This document shows positions 30,201-45,200 of a stretch of 64,000 nt of DNA, piece after piece. Source of the stretch: Patescibacteria group bacterium (lineage in GTDB: Bacteria > Patescibacteriota > Patescibacteriia > UBA10025 > JAHIVO01). The stretch lies in assembly GCA_041650915.1 (NCBI GenBank), contig JBAZKE010000001.1:43694-107693 (forward strand), in the 5' to 3' direction. Both the position numbers and the translations under genes were made by a program. How positions within the stretch are numbered: the stretch's first letter is position 1; each line of letters starts with the position of its first letter. The notes beneath the pieces were generated by a model. That model made no database searches, was not told the DNA's origin, and saw only the letters and a list, made by a program, of their open reading frames with translations.

Positions 30201-33200
30201 ACACTGATGCCGAACTTGCCGGGGATGAGACGGTCACCGTATTTATCGACGGCGCGGAGACTGCGGATGAATCCACGGCAATCACCGGGTACGATGGCAG
30301 CGGAGACATTACCGGTATGGTCCTGAACCAGCACGTATTAACGGCCGGCAGCGCTGACAACCATACGCTGGTGGTGGACGATTTCAGTACGTATTGGAAC
30401 ACTGATGATGAAGACGTGATGCACGGCATTTTTCTGGGAATGGAAACCATGACTCTTTATGTTGACAATAGCCAGTATACGGACGAGCGGCTTCATATTG
30501 TAAGCGGCACGACCGTACGCCTTACCAGCAATTCGGGTGATTTGGAAAATTTGAATACTTTTAATATAACGATTGACGGAACCCTGGACATTACCGGAAC
30601 TGCGACTGCTCAGATTGACGTATACGGCAATTGGGACAATAACGGCGCCTTTAATTCGAATACGAGTTATACGATATTTAGGGCAACGAGCGGGTCGTTT
30701 ACGATTGATTCAACGGGCGCCTCAGCATCGGCATTTTATCGGCTGACACTCGGCGGCGTGAGCGGTTCGGCTACGTTTACGCTCGAATCACCCCTGGTGG
30801 TGAACAACAATCTGATGATTAATTATGGCACATTGGACACCAAGTCGGGCGAAAACAACAGCATTACGGTTGGCGGCACTTGGACCAATTATGATACGTT
30901 TACCGCTAATACCGGCTCCGTGACGTTTACCGGTACTGGAAGCATCAATGGCGATCACGACACGACGTTTTATGATCTCACAATCGGCGACGGTACGGAT
31001 GGGACGATGACCGTCAATGGCACGGATGATCCGACCGTTACCCACAATATTGATATTGACGCCGGCGATATACTCTCGATCGGATCAGACAGGACGGTAA
31101 CGTATACCTATGATGCCAATTCATTCACGCTTGACGGCACGATATCCGGAGCCGGCAGGCTGGTCTATAAGAGTTCTGACGCATTTCCAGCGACCGGCAC
31201 GATAAGCACAATTGTGCGGTTTGATGCGACGGACGTTATCTGGCAAAATACCGGTGGACGTACGTATGGTAATACGGTTGAGATTTACCATAATTCTGAC
31301 GCACTGCCCAAACTGATTTATCTTGCGGGCAGCGGCGCTACCGTGATTAATGGGGATTTGTTATTCATGACCGGCGCATCAGCATCGCTGGACATGACCG
31401 TATCCAATACCAATAATTACGATGTGGATATTGCCGGGTCATTGAGCGTTTCAAAAAGCGGCAGCGGCGATATCACCTTTGACGCCGGAACTGCTGCGTA
31501 TACGGTTGGCGATGACGTGAATTTCACCAATGCGGCAGTAACGCTCGAGGCCGGCAGCCTGGTGGAAATGACCGGCGCGGAAGACGGCACCGGTACCCTG
31601 ACGTCAGCCGGGACTACGCTGCAAGACGTCACGCTGTCCGGCGGCACGATCACGCTTGCGGATGCGACCCATACCATCAGCGGTTCGCTTGACATGACCG
31701 GCGCGGCCGTTACTGCCGGCACGTCTACCGTACTGATGAACGGCGCCGTCGCGTCACTATACGGCGGTGGCAATGCGCTGAATAATTTGACGCTGTCTTC
31801 TGATTCGACAACAACCTTGTATTCGGATATTGACATTGACGGGGTGCTTGATATTACCGCCAGTGATACGCTCGACATTTACGTTGGCATTTTTGCTACC
31901 TTAACACACTATGCGGAATTGACGTTTAACGGGACGATCTCAGGTATAGGGGGGTACTTAGTGTACCAGTCCAGTACCCAGTTCCCGGCCGCAGGCGGGA
32001 CATTCGGATCTATGCTGAACGTGCGGTTTGATGCGAACTACGTCAATATGGTGATACCGGGCAGGAACTACGGTACCGGCATATTTGAGTTGTATAATAC
32101 AGGCGCTACTAATAAAACGATCTATCTCGGCACCGGTACCGGGCAAACGTTTAGCCAAACGGAGGAGGTTAACATCGTGCGCACCGGCGCCGGCAGCCTG
32201 CTCGTAGATGCAGATTTCTACGATCCGACGGTTACGTTCGGGTATATGACGATCGGGGCGGGCACCACGTATTTGTCAGCGAACTCGCATACGTTCACCT
32301 GCTTTTACGATTGCGACAACCAGGGGACGTTTACCCACAATGACGGCACGGTTGCTGTCGGCACGAGCGGCATGAATTTAGCGGGTGACTGGACCGGCTC
32401 GAGCGCGCTGTACAATCTTACGACCGATAAAAATCTTGATTTTGACGGAGCGGTGACCGTCGCCAATACGTTCACGATCGATAACGGGAGCAATACGGTT
32501 GACGTGGAGTTCGAGCCCGGTGCTACATATACATTCGCCAATATCGTGTGGGGCCAGGCAGGCACGAATGCGGTAACGATGCACGGTGAAACTTCAAGCG
32601 CCTGGAATTTGAAAGTTACGGATGAATATTCATCACAGCAGGTGAGCTATGTGACGGTCAGCTATTCAAACGCATGCGTGTCGGGCGGGCAAAATATTGA
32701 TGCGACCGACGGCACTAATAATAATAACGGCAATAACAGCTGCTGGGATTTCAGCGATTCAATGGATATTTCAGGGACGGCGGACGGCAACGCGGGCGAG
32801 CTCGTGAAACTTGCTGTAAATGGCGTTCGGACGACCGAAGTGGGAAACATCATTACCGGTGCGCCGAATACATGGACGATTGCGAATGTTGGCACGATCA
32901 ATTCCGGTGATGTAGTAACGGTTTGGATCGAGAATACTATTGGAAACATTTCTGACACGGATGAATCATCGGGCATTACGAAGTATGACGGCAGCGGGGA
33001 CGTTACTGGCATGGCACTCGATACGCACGTACTGACGGTGGGCAGCGCGGACAACCCAAGCTTTGTGCGCGACGACTTTTTGCTGTACTACAATGACGAC
33101 GACGAAGACATCATGCATGGAAAGGATGAAACGCCGGATTGTAAGGATGGCATATGTCCGACTGATCTGAATAGTGACATTGATAACGTGTATTCGGATG

Positions 33201-36200
33201 ATTTGTTCAGGGTATTATCAGGGGCAACGGTTACCTTATCTGCGGATGCGGATGACTATTATGACGTGCTGGATGCCCACGATGTTACCAATGAGGGGAC
33301 GATTGTCACTACCACGACAGGCCTTACCCCGAAACTTCAAATCAGCGGGTCATGGAATAATACCGTGGCAGCGACATTTACATCGAGTTTAGAACAATTT
33401 ACATTTGATTCAAGCAGCGCAGGTGAAACGATTACAACGGGCGGCGATCCCGTGTATAGTTTGTTTTTTATGGGTACTGGATCATGGTCCAACGCCGATG
33501 CGCTGACGGTAAACAACGGCCTGTATGTCCAGAATACGGGCACGTTCAACGTAACGGGCAATGACGTGACGGTAAAAGGCGCTTCCGGCATGCATATATC
33601 CGACGGTACGGTCGCTATCTCGTCCGGGATAGTTACCGTCGGCGATAGCACGGACGAAGACCTTATCCTTGACGGCGGGACGCTCAACGCTTCGGGTGGC
33701 ACGCTGATTGTGCAAGATGATCTCATCACGACCGCCGCAGGGAATGCCGAGGATATCAATGTAACCGGCGGGGTGCTCACGGTCAACGGTTCATTGGACA
33801 TTAATGACGGTACGGTTGATTTCGGGCCGGGCGCATCGGGAGCTATTGATGTTAATGTGAGCGATTGCATGCATCAGACCGCAGGTGCCGTGACGGTGGG
33901 TACGGGAAGCTACGCCGTTGATGTGGATATTGACAATGGTGAATTTACGAGTGCGTGTACTTCTTTAACCCACGGATATGAAATAACCGGCGGTACATTG
34001 ACTATTGACACCAATGCTGATGTTGCTATTACTGACGCATACTATTTCCAGACCGGCGGCACGTTTAATCTGGATGGCGGCAGCATTGCCATGGCCGGGC
34101 CGGCTGGTTACAGCTTTGAGTTCAGCGGCGGCACGTTTAATCTGGATGGCGGCACCGTGGATGCTGATGATGATAAAGATTATTATGTTAATTTGTCTGA
34201 CACGGGCCCTGTCACGTTTAATATGTATAGTGGCGATATTTATACCAGCGCTTTTTACGTACAGAATAACTATACGACCACAACCCTGAATCCCGCATTG
34301 GGAGGCACCATTCATATAAGCGGACCAGAGAGCGGCGGCAGTAAATTTTACCAGTACAGTGATGACAGCCCTCATTTCTATAATCTTTCGATAGAAAAAG
34401 GAATCGTCGGTTACCCCGTATCGTTCCAAAGCGGCGGCCAGAATGAAACTATTTTGGACGGAGATTTTACGATCTTGAATGCTGATGATTACTTTCGTCC
34501 CTGGGGACAAGCCATTGCCATCAAAGGAGATTATACAAATAACGGCACCTGCTATAGCTGTAATAGCTCGACATTTACTTTTGACGGGACTGCTGGCCAG
34601 GCGCTTTCAGGAAATCTCAACGGTACCAGCATGTTGGACGCAGTGATCATAGAAAATTCAGGCGGCACAGTTGATATTGATAACTACCTGCGTGCCAATT
34701 CATTAACAATTGACAATTCCGGCGGTACGGTTGATATCGAGTGGGAATCTGACGCGGACGGCACCAATTACCACGAGTTTGCCGACATCGTATGGGGCCA
34801 GGCAGGAGCTAACGCCATCACATTTACAAAAGAGACAAGCGCGAACAGCCAGTGGTACCTGAAAGTGACGGATACGTCCCAGCAGGTCAGCTACGTGGCG
34901 GTCGCCGATTCAAACGCATGCGTATCCGGCGGCCAGACCATCATGGCAGACGACGGGACCAGTGTTGACAACGATAATAACGATTGCTGGGATTTCGGGC
35001 TGGTGATAATCAGCGGCACCGCGCCATCATACATTGACGGTACGACGATCAAGGTAGCTGTGGATGACGAGGAGCAGGCCGGAAAGACGGGCAGCGTAAC
35101 GAGTGAAGCATGGACAATCGAGGACGTGCTGGTGCCGGACGGCGCAATCGTAACAGTATGGGTGGACGGCGCTGGCGAAATAACAGAATCAACGGCGGTG
35201 ACTGAGCATATCGGCGACGGTGATATCACCGGCATGGTGCTGAACATCAACGTCATTACGCTCGGCAGCACGTCGGATGCCGCGACGCTGACAGCAAACA
35301 ACCTAGCGCAGTGGCAGAATGGCGATAATGAAGATGTCATGCATTCCGTGCTATCCGACATAGGCGGGGGGCAAACGATGTATTCTGATTATAGCAGCGA
35401 GTACACTGATGATACATTTCGGATATTAACTGGCACGACGCTTACAATCAACTCTGGAACTGGCGAACCAACATGGGAGGATGCACTGATCGTTGATAAT
35501 TTAATATTGGATGGATCGCTGACCATGAGCGGCGGATACAGTCCGCAAGTTGAGATATGGGGCGATTGGGACAACAACGGCGATTTCAATACTGACGGGT
35601 CTGAGACCGTACAATTCCGCGCTGCGGAAACGGGGCATACCATTGACCATACTGGCTCGTCTGACAGCGATATTCAACAATTGACGTTTAATGGTTCAGG
35701 CGGCAGGTGGACCGTGCTGCATCCGTCGACCTGGGTTATTAACGGCGATATGACCATGAGTAACGGCATTGCTGATATCGCAACCAATATGCGCGTTGAC
35801 GGCGGGGATGTGACGGGCAATGGCGTTGTCAATGCGTTTGCGGGTTCATTTGAGGTTACGGGTGCCGGTAACTTTGGAGGCGATAGCGCATGGGTATTCA
35901 ATGACCTGACGTTTTCGGGCAATACATACACCACCACCGCTGCGGGATCCGGGTCGATCACGGTCGGAAACGTCCTGACGATCGGTAGCGGGCATGCGCT
36001 GAATGCAGGGTCAAAAACATGGATTCTGTCCGATACGGGTACGCCATTAATCATTGCGGGAACATTGACGCCGTCCAGCTCAACGTTCCGATATACTGGC
36101 GCTGGAGCGACAACGGTGTTTGATGCCTCTTATTACAATCTTGAAGTCATACCAGGAGCTGACAGCGTTACGCACACATTGAGCAGTGATCTTCTTTCCG

Positions 36201-39200
36201 GCGTCATTTCAGTTGCAAATAACATGGTGATCGGCGGTTCGCATCTCGCATGTACGGTTAGCGGCGCATTGTATATGACGAATTTGGACGTCGGCAACAA
36301 CGTGACGATAAATATCGGTACTGCTTTTGTTGCACCTAGCGCGGCAGCGAGCTTTACGGTGGGCGGCAGTTGGTCTAACTCCGACACCTTTACGCACTCG
36401 AGCGGCACGGTTACGTTTGATGCCAATACAACCGGCAAGACCATCCAGTCAAATTCGAACAATTGGAATAATGTCACGTTCAATAACGCGAGCGGCGGGT
36501 GGAGTTTTTCCGACACGACAACGCTGGCTGGCGACCTGACCGTCACCGCAGGCACGCTGTCCGGTACGGTTGATATCGACGTGCAGGGCGGCGACTTGAA
36601 GGGCGACGGGACCGTAACCATGACCGCGGGAACCGTGAATCTTATCAATGACGGCACGATCGGCACGTCGTCCGGCTCAAATGACTGGACGTTCTATGAC
36701 CTGAACCTTGGGCAGACCGGTTGTGCGGCAAACACCACCACTACGGCAAATGCCGGCACCGGCGCTATCATCATCACGAATACCTTTACATATGATGCAT
36801 GCTCGTGCGGCGAAGAGTGCGCACGGTACCACCGCGTACACCCGGGTGCGAGAACGTGGCGCCTGACCGGTACGGGCACGCCGCTGGAATCTGGCATAAT
36901 CAATGTCGGAAATATTGGAACCTCAGTATTCCAGTTCACTGGTACGGGAAGCGCGGTAGCGGTCGCGGGTTATTATTTTTACGACCTCGAACTGATTCCC
37001 GGTTCGGCAACTGATTATAGTTTTAGCGCCCCTACCCTCTACGCGATCGGCCATGATTTGACGATCAATGTGAACGCTGCCGGCAATTTCGATCCCGGAT
37101 CCGCTTACGTTGAGATGGGCGGTGCCACTGGCACCCTGGACGTGAATGGGGCTGATATCCAAGAATTGCGGACTGATCTTGGAACCAGCAACGCGATAAC
37201 GGTAGCGTCTGATGCGATGATTTCATACCGGTTTGTCATTTTTGACGCAGGTGACGTGCTGTCGGTTTCAAGCGGGGCCACGGTTACTCATACCGGTGCG
37301 ACTGCGAATATCCTCGGCGGCACCATATCCGGCGACGGGTTACTTACCTTTACCAATACTTCCACCGGCCCGTCAACCGGCGGCACGGTTACCGCAGACG
37401 TGCGGTTTGACGCGACGGACGGGGATATCACCTCTTCGACGTTTGATACCCGTACGTACGGCGGCGACCTGGAACTGTACAGCGCGCATTCTAGCGGACG
37501 CACCATTACGCCAGCTGCCGGAACGCTTACCGTAGGGGGCAACTTAAACACTACCTCAACAACATCCACGCTTGCAGCTGCGTTTAATACGAATAATCCA
37601 ACGACGCTTATTGGCACGATCGATAATGCGTTAACTGGTGATGTCTCGATTTGCGCAACGTGCACCCTGTCAGCGCCGGGTTCGTTGACGCTGTACGGCG
37701 ATTACCAAAATTCCGGCACCTTTACCCATAACAACGGTACGGTGACGCTCGGTGCGCCCGGCATAGTACAAGCCCAGGCCATGTACGGGGCGATGACCGG
37801 CGCCAGTGCATTCTATAATCTAACCGTGGAAAACGACTTTGAAGCTAACGGTCCTTCATTTGTTAACGATTCTGAGGTTTCCAACACGTATACCATTACG
37901 ACGCCGGCTGTTCTCGTATACTACGATACGGGCACAACCCATACGTACAACAATGTGAACTGGAACGGGCAGGCTGCCGGAAGCCGGATCCGGCTTGTCG
38001 GCACTGATACTTGGAACCTCGAAGTGTCCGGCACCCAGAGCGTGAGCTATGTGGACGCGAGCTATTCAAACGCCTGCGGCGGAGACGTGATCGACGCAGA
38101 CAACGGCACGAATAATAACGGCGGCAATAATAGCTGCTGGGATTTTATCCAGGGCGTTGAAATAGACGGGATTGCGTACGCTGAGAATGAAAGCACGCCG
38201 CTGGGGATCGGACGAGACGTCACCTTACTGGTCAACGGCGAGGAGAATTCGTGCAGTTTTACGCCGTGTACCGGGTCGACGGACGGCGTTGGCGGGTATG
38301 CGATCGCGGATGTTGACGTGCTTTCCGGAGACGTGGTAACCGTGTACTTGGACGACGCTTCAGAAGAAGCGACTATGGTGTACATCAGCAATGGCACCGC
38401 CCAGACGAATATTGATTTATACCAAAACGCGGTTATTGCGCGGGCGGACACCGGATCAATCACCAATGCTAATCTGTCGACCGGCGATGGAGGGGATGAT
38501 GATATAAAGTATGCTGTTGCGGGCAATAATGCCACGTTTGATTCCGGATTTGAACTCCACGTGTGGACGGGCGATACGTACGATCCGGGCGGCCAGATAA
38601 TTACACAAGGCGCGGGTGGCGATCTTCACGTGGATGACAGCGCGCTTGCGTACGTCGACACGGCAAGCTCTGCGATTGCCGGTTCAGTGAGCATTGATAC
38701 CGGCGGTACGGTTACGATGCAGTCCGGCACATGGACTATAGCTGGTGATATGACGGTAACGGGAACGTTCAACGGGACCGGAGATACGGTAGTGAATGGC
38801 GGCGATATGACCGGCACGGGATCAGTCAGTTTAACGGGCGGCAGCGTCACGATGGCTGCTGGGGGCAGCATTGACCTCGGGGGCACTGATACGTTTTCTA
38901 CCCTTATTATCAACAATGGTGATGCCACGACTACCGTAGTAGGCAGCTTGAATATTTCAGGCGGCCTTGAGGTGAGCGCTGGCGATACGCTGGCAAACAG
39001 CACCGGCACCATGAAGCTCAATACAAGCACGGCAACCCTGGCGCTTGCGGGCACCATCAGCGGCTCCGGGACTCTGGTTTACCAGTCGGGAGTTGCGTTC
39101 CCAACCGGCGGCACGCTGTCGATGAACGTGATATTTGACCCCCACCTGACAAGCCAGAGCATGAGTGCGCGAACGTACGGCGGCGACGTGAAGATCAATG

Positions 39201-42200
39201 ATATAGCCGGAAATCCGAGCAGCAACCGTACCGTGACTATGCTTGCCGGTTCATATACGATTATTGGCCAGCTGTGGATGGTTGAGGATACGATGCGAAT
39301 AATCACGCTCGATGCGGCCACGAACGACCCGACCGTGCAAATTAACGGAGACCTGACAGGGAGCGGTACGTCGAGCAATCTCACGCTTCATATGGGCGCT
39401 GGCACATGGACGGTTGGCGATGATGTGAACCTAACACATATGGATGTTGATGTTGAAACTGGGGGAGAGCTTGAGCTGACCGGATCCACTGATTCCATAC
39501 TATCCGCTAGTGCTACCGATATTTTTTACGATTTGACCATGTCCGGAAGCGATGTGGAGTTCGGGCCGGTCGGCGAGGGATGGAGCGCGATCGCGGTTTC
39601 CCATGACCTTAGCTTAACCGGCACGCTTGACGCGAAACTAGCAACAGTGCAGATGGTAGGCGCTGGCGGTTCAATCATCGGCGGAGGCAATACGCTTTAT
39701 AAATTGAAAATTGATCCTGATCCGGACGGCACGGTGACCCTTACCACTTCCGATCTCACGATCAGTAATAGCATATCGACTCCGTTGGAAGTAACTGACA
39801 GCGGCGATATACTATCTATTGAAAGTGGCAGAGTTTTGACCGTCACCGGCGCGACTACGACGGAGATTTCCGGTGTTGGGTCTATTACGGGCGATGGTAC
39901 GCTGCGGTTTGACCACAATTCAGGCGGGCCGGGAACAACCCTTGGAACGCTCGGTGTAGCGGTGCGCTATGACGCGACGTTGGGTGATATCGCGCCGGAA
40001 ACGTTTGACGCGAGGACGTACGGCGGCGATGTCGAAGTATATGCAGGCACAGGCCTGATTGAACGCGTTGTTACGGCGCCATCATCCGGCACGTTTGCGT
40101 TTGAAAAAGCACTGACAACCACCTGCTCTTCGTGTAATTTGCTTACCCTTGGTTTTGACGGCGTCACTGACCCGACGGTTACCATTGATGGGGCATTAAC
40201 GATCGGCGCTACAACCGGATTGTCAGCCCCGTCTAGCGTGGATTTTACACTCAATGGGGGCTATACGAACAGCGGCAGTTTTTACGATAACAGTGGTACT
40301 ATAGTACTTGGCGGTTCAGCAATCCAGACGCTTGATGGCACCATGACCGGCGTGTCTGATTTTAATAACCTGACGATAACAAACGCCTCGGCGGCCGGTA
40401 TCGTATTTGCCAAAGCAGCGACGATTTCCGGCACATACACGATCACGACTGCGGATGTGAAAGTGACCTACCTTGCTGGCGCTGCATATACGGTTACGGA
40501 TATCAATTGGGACGGCCAGGACGCGGGTACCCGCATTGAATTCGTGAGCTCAACGCCGGATACGCAGTGGAATCTCAACGTGTCGGGCACTCAGACGGAT
40601 GTGAGTTACGTTAACGTGACCGATTCAAATGCGTGCGCTGGCGATGAGATCGTTGCAAATAACGGCACAAACTATAATGGAGGCAATAACGACTGCTGGC
40701 TATTCGGTATCCACATTTCGGGCACCTCGAATACAACGGGCACGGTCAAGGCGGCCATCAACACCTCGCTTGAACCGGATTCAGACTTGATCGCAGAAGG
40801 CACCTGGGATATCGAAACGAGCACCGTGCCGGTCGTGAACGATGTTATTACGGTTTTTATCGACGAGGCAGAAGAGTCCGGCGAATCGAGCGCGGTAACG
40901 CGGTACGATGGCAGCGGGAGCCTCACCGGCGTGGTGCTCGATGCAAACGTGCTGTCCATCGGGAGCGACAATTCAATATACGTGCGCCTGGATGACTTTG
41001 TTTACACCCGTTCGCTCGATGAGGATTTGATGTTTGACCTGAGCACGGGAGAGTGCAGTTCGAGGACGCTCACGATTGACGCGGTCGGGCAGTATACTGA
41101 CGAGACGCTCTCGATCCTCGGGGGAAGCCAGCTCTACCTTCTGTCTTACTTCAATGACGGCGGGCCATGCAACCGCTACGATACGGTCAATACCCACAAT
41201 ATTGATATCAGCGGCTATTTGTCCGAAACCGGCGACAGGGAGTCAACCATCAATGTTTCCGGTTCCTGGGCAAACAGCGGCACGTCTACCAGCGGCATCG
41301 GCGGCACGCAGGGAGGGTTTGAATCCGGAAATTCGGTTGTTAACTTTACGGCGCCATCCGGCACCGAGACTATCAATTCCTCTGCCGCGATCAGCGGCGG
41401 CGGGTTGCGGGCATTCGATGATATTGTTTTCAATGACTCCAGCGGCTCGGCGACATATTTGCTGAAGTCCGACCTGGATGCCAATCATGACATTACAATT
41501 ACTGGCGGCACGCTTGATGCCGAGTCAGGCGTTAACCATGATATTTATGTAGGCGGTGTGTGGAACAACGATGATACGTTTGAAGCTAGGTGGGGCAAGG
41601 TGATTTTCGACGGTGCAGGAACGTTTATGCTGTATGCCGGTTCGTCGTGGTTTTATGACCTTGAGTTTAATAATGTTGGCGGTTTATGGGATTTTGATGA
41701 GGATGCAGTCACGGCCGGCAACGACGTCGTGGTCACGGTCGGCATCCTCGAGACCGAAGTGGATATCACTATCAAAGGCGGTGACCTTACCGGCGACGGT
41801 ACTGTGACGTTCAACGGCGGCACGCTTACCATGGAGCAGACTGGCACGATCGGCACTGCCAGCGGCAGCAATAATTGGACACTGTACAATGTCACGTACG
41901 GGCTCGGTGGCCAATGCACGTTGGATTATACGACTACGGCAAACGGCGGCGCTGGCACGATTACCGTCGCCGGGCAGATGCAGGGTTCTGCATGCAGTTG
42001 CGGCGGAGAATGCTTTAAGGTCCATCGGCTTGATCCAGGAGCAAGAACGTGGATATTCAGCGGAACAGGGCTCTCGGGCGCTGCCGATAAAATACCCCTT
42101 GTTGATTCGACATTTATAAATAACGGCGGCACCTCAACAGCCCGCTTTACCGCGACGACCGGCCCTGGCTATGTTGTGCAGGTTAGCGACAATGATTATT

Positions 42201-45200
42201 ACAATTTAGAAATGCTTCCCGCTGAATCCGAAGATTATGAGTGGTCAAGCGATACCGGCATTTATGGGATTTACCACGATCTAACGATCAATTCCAACGC
42301 CGCCGCCAATTTTGACGAAAAGCAGGCAGTTCTCCGGCTTTATGGCACTGACCAGACGATTGATGCCAATGGGGCTGATCTTTACGATGTCGGCACGTGG
42401 ACGGATGGAGTGCAGGCAGTATCCATAGCTTCGGATGTCACTATAACCTCGCGTTTTCTGGAGTTGTATAGCGGCAATACCATAACGATCGCGGATGGAG
42501 CCACCATGACCGTCTCTGGTGCCCAGACAAACATTATTGCAGACGGTGCGGTCCTGACCTCGGTCGGTACTGGCATGCTCCGGTTCCTGCCGGGCACGAC
42601 AGGCCCCGGCACCACAGGCACGCTGAGCGCGAACGTGCGCTATGATGCGACTGATGGTGATATCGCGAGCGGGACGATTGACGCGCGCACGTACGGAAAC
42701 AGGGTTGAGGTTTACTCCGGGAGCAGCTCGGCTGACCGCACCGTGACAATAGCGTCCGGCACGTACACGCTGTCCGGCGCGAGTTCGCACCTGCACCTCC
42801 TTGCAAACGGCGATAATAACGTAACGCTCGCCGGTGCAACGAACAATCCTACCGTTACGATCGGGGGCAATGTCGACTTTGCCGGTACGGGCGGCGGGAG
42901 TGAGATAATCACGTCCGGCACCGGCACGTGGACCGTCTCGGGTAATGTCGATTTCACCGGCGGGACGTATACGGCGACATCCGGCAACACGCTCATCATG
43001 AACGGCACCGGCACGCCTTCGATCACGTCAGCGAGCAATTCATTGTACAATTTCCAGACCAGCGGCACCGGCACGATCACGCCCCAGGATAATTTGACGG
43101 CTGCAAACGACATAACGCTCGGAAACGGCACGACTGTGTCCAGCGCGCATGACATCACGGCCAATGGCGGCGACCTGACTACCACGGGCGGCACCGGCAC
43201 CGGCGTGCTGACCCATACGGCTGGAACCGTTTCGATATCGGGAACGGGCAATGTCGGCGGCAACAGCGCGTGGACCGTCCAGAATCTCACGTTTTCCCAG
43301 GCCGTGTGCGCTGATTATACGACAACAGCGACCGGTACCGGCACCATCACGGTCAATGGCACGCTCCTGACGGATGACTGCACGTCGGGCGAAACCGAGT
43401 ACCACAAGCTCGCCGCTGGGTCAAAGACGTGGATCCTCACCGGCACGACGCCGTTTACCAATGATGGAGGCTTGGACGGCGGCACGTCTCTATTCCGGTT
43501 TACGACTGCCGGGCCGGCTACGATACCGCTCGGCAACGTCGGCGGGTCAACGGGGTACTATACGCTTGAGCTCAAGCCGTCAGGTTCCAGTCCGACCTAT
43601 ACATTCGCGGCTGGCGCTGATTTCAATATCAATAATAACTTAGTTATCGGCGACGGGACAAATAGCGTGACGGTCAGCGGAACCGCTAATAACCCGACGC
43701 TTGATATCGCCGGCAGTGTTTCCTGCACCGCGGGCGCGAGTACCAATACGGTCGCGACAGGGACGGGCACGTGGCATGTCGCTACTAATGCGGATTTGTC
43801 AGAGTGCGATTCGTGGACGGCCACCAGCGGCCATACGCTTGATATGGACGGTGCGGGCCAGATCACGGCAGCAGGCAAGACGCTTTATAATTTTCAGTCA
43901 TCGGGCATGGGTGTCGTCAGTTATTCCGCCATGGACGTGAATGGCACGTTTACCGTTGCAACAGGGAGCAATTTTGAGCAAGCGGATGAAGATAATATCA
44001 ATGTCGCGGGCAATTTTACGATCCAGGCGAGCTCGACCTTCCTTGCGGCGGAAGGCGCGGGCATGCTGATTCTGGACGGTGACCTCACGTTTACCGACAG
44101 CACCGTAGGCCTTCAGGACCTTGGTGATGTGCAGGTCGGCACCTCGCCCGATACGACCAATCTCGCGTCAGACATGAAAGCAAATTCTTTGACTGTTGCA
44201 ACCGGCGATTTCTTCTATACCAATGGGTATGACCTGGATTTGGGCACCGGCGGATTGACGGTCGATGGCACGTTTGACGCGGCTGACGACGTGGAAACGG
44301 ATGAAACGCTCATTACGACGAACGGCGATGTCAGGTTCAGCGCCCCGGCAACGTTCGGGCAGGACCAGTCAACAATCGAGTTCGACGGGTCTTCCGGCAC
44401 GGACGTGCTGTTGACGAGCGCTAAGCCGATTTATAACCTCGTGATTGACGGCGGCGCCAATCTACTTGTTGAGCTTGGCAGTGCGCTTGACGCGGACGGC
44501 TCGATCACCATCAACGTCGGTGAGCTTGATGTCACCGCCGCGCCGTACGCGATAACGCTTGGCGGCAGCTGGATAAACGCAGACACGTTTACGGCGCGCA
44601 CTGGTACCGTTACTATAGATGGCAGCTCGGCGGTTGGCACGTTTGACATCAATTCAACCGGCGCCACTGCCGCGTCATTTTATAACTTGATACTGAATGA
44701 TGCCGGCGGCGGGGATACGTTTGAATTGGAATCCGCGCTGGATGTTGACAATGACCTGACGATCACCGGCGGAACGCTGGATACCAAGAACGGATCAAAT
44801 TGGGGAATTAGTGTTGGTGGCGACTGGACAAACGCTGACATCTTTACGGCTCGTGCAGGCATCGTCACGTTTAACGCAACGGATACCGGCCATACGATCA
44901 ATTCCGGATCATCTCAGTTTTTCTCCGTTGTATTTGATGGTGCCAGCGGCTCGTGGTCGCCATTGACGAACAATATAACCATTACCGGCACCCTGACCAT
45001 GACCAATGGCACGTTTGACACTTCTGCGGGCACTGCCAATGTTACGGTTCGGAGCCACGTACAGTGTGGAGCAACCTGCGGCACCATTAACATGGCGTCA
45101 ACCAACACTTTTACGGTGCAGGCGCTATTTACCGCAACGATCAATTTCGGCACCAATGTTGCGGTTGCGACTGACTGGACTTTTTATAACCTCACGCTCC

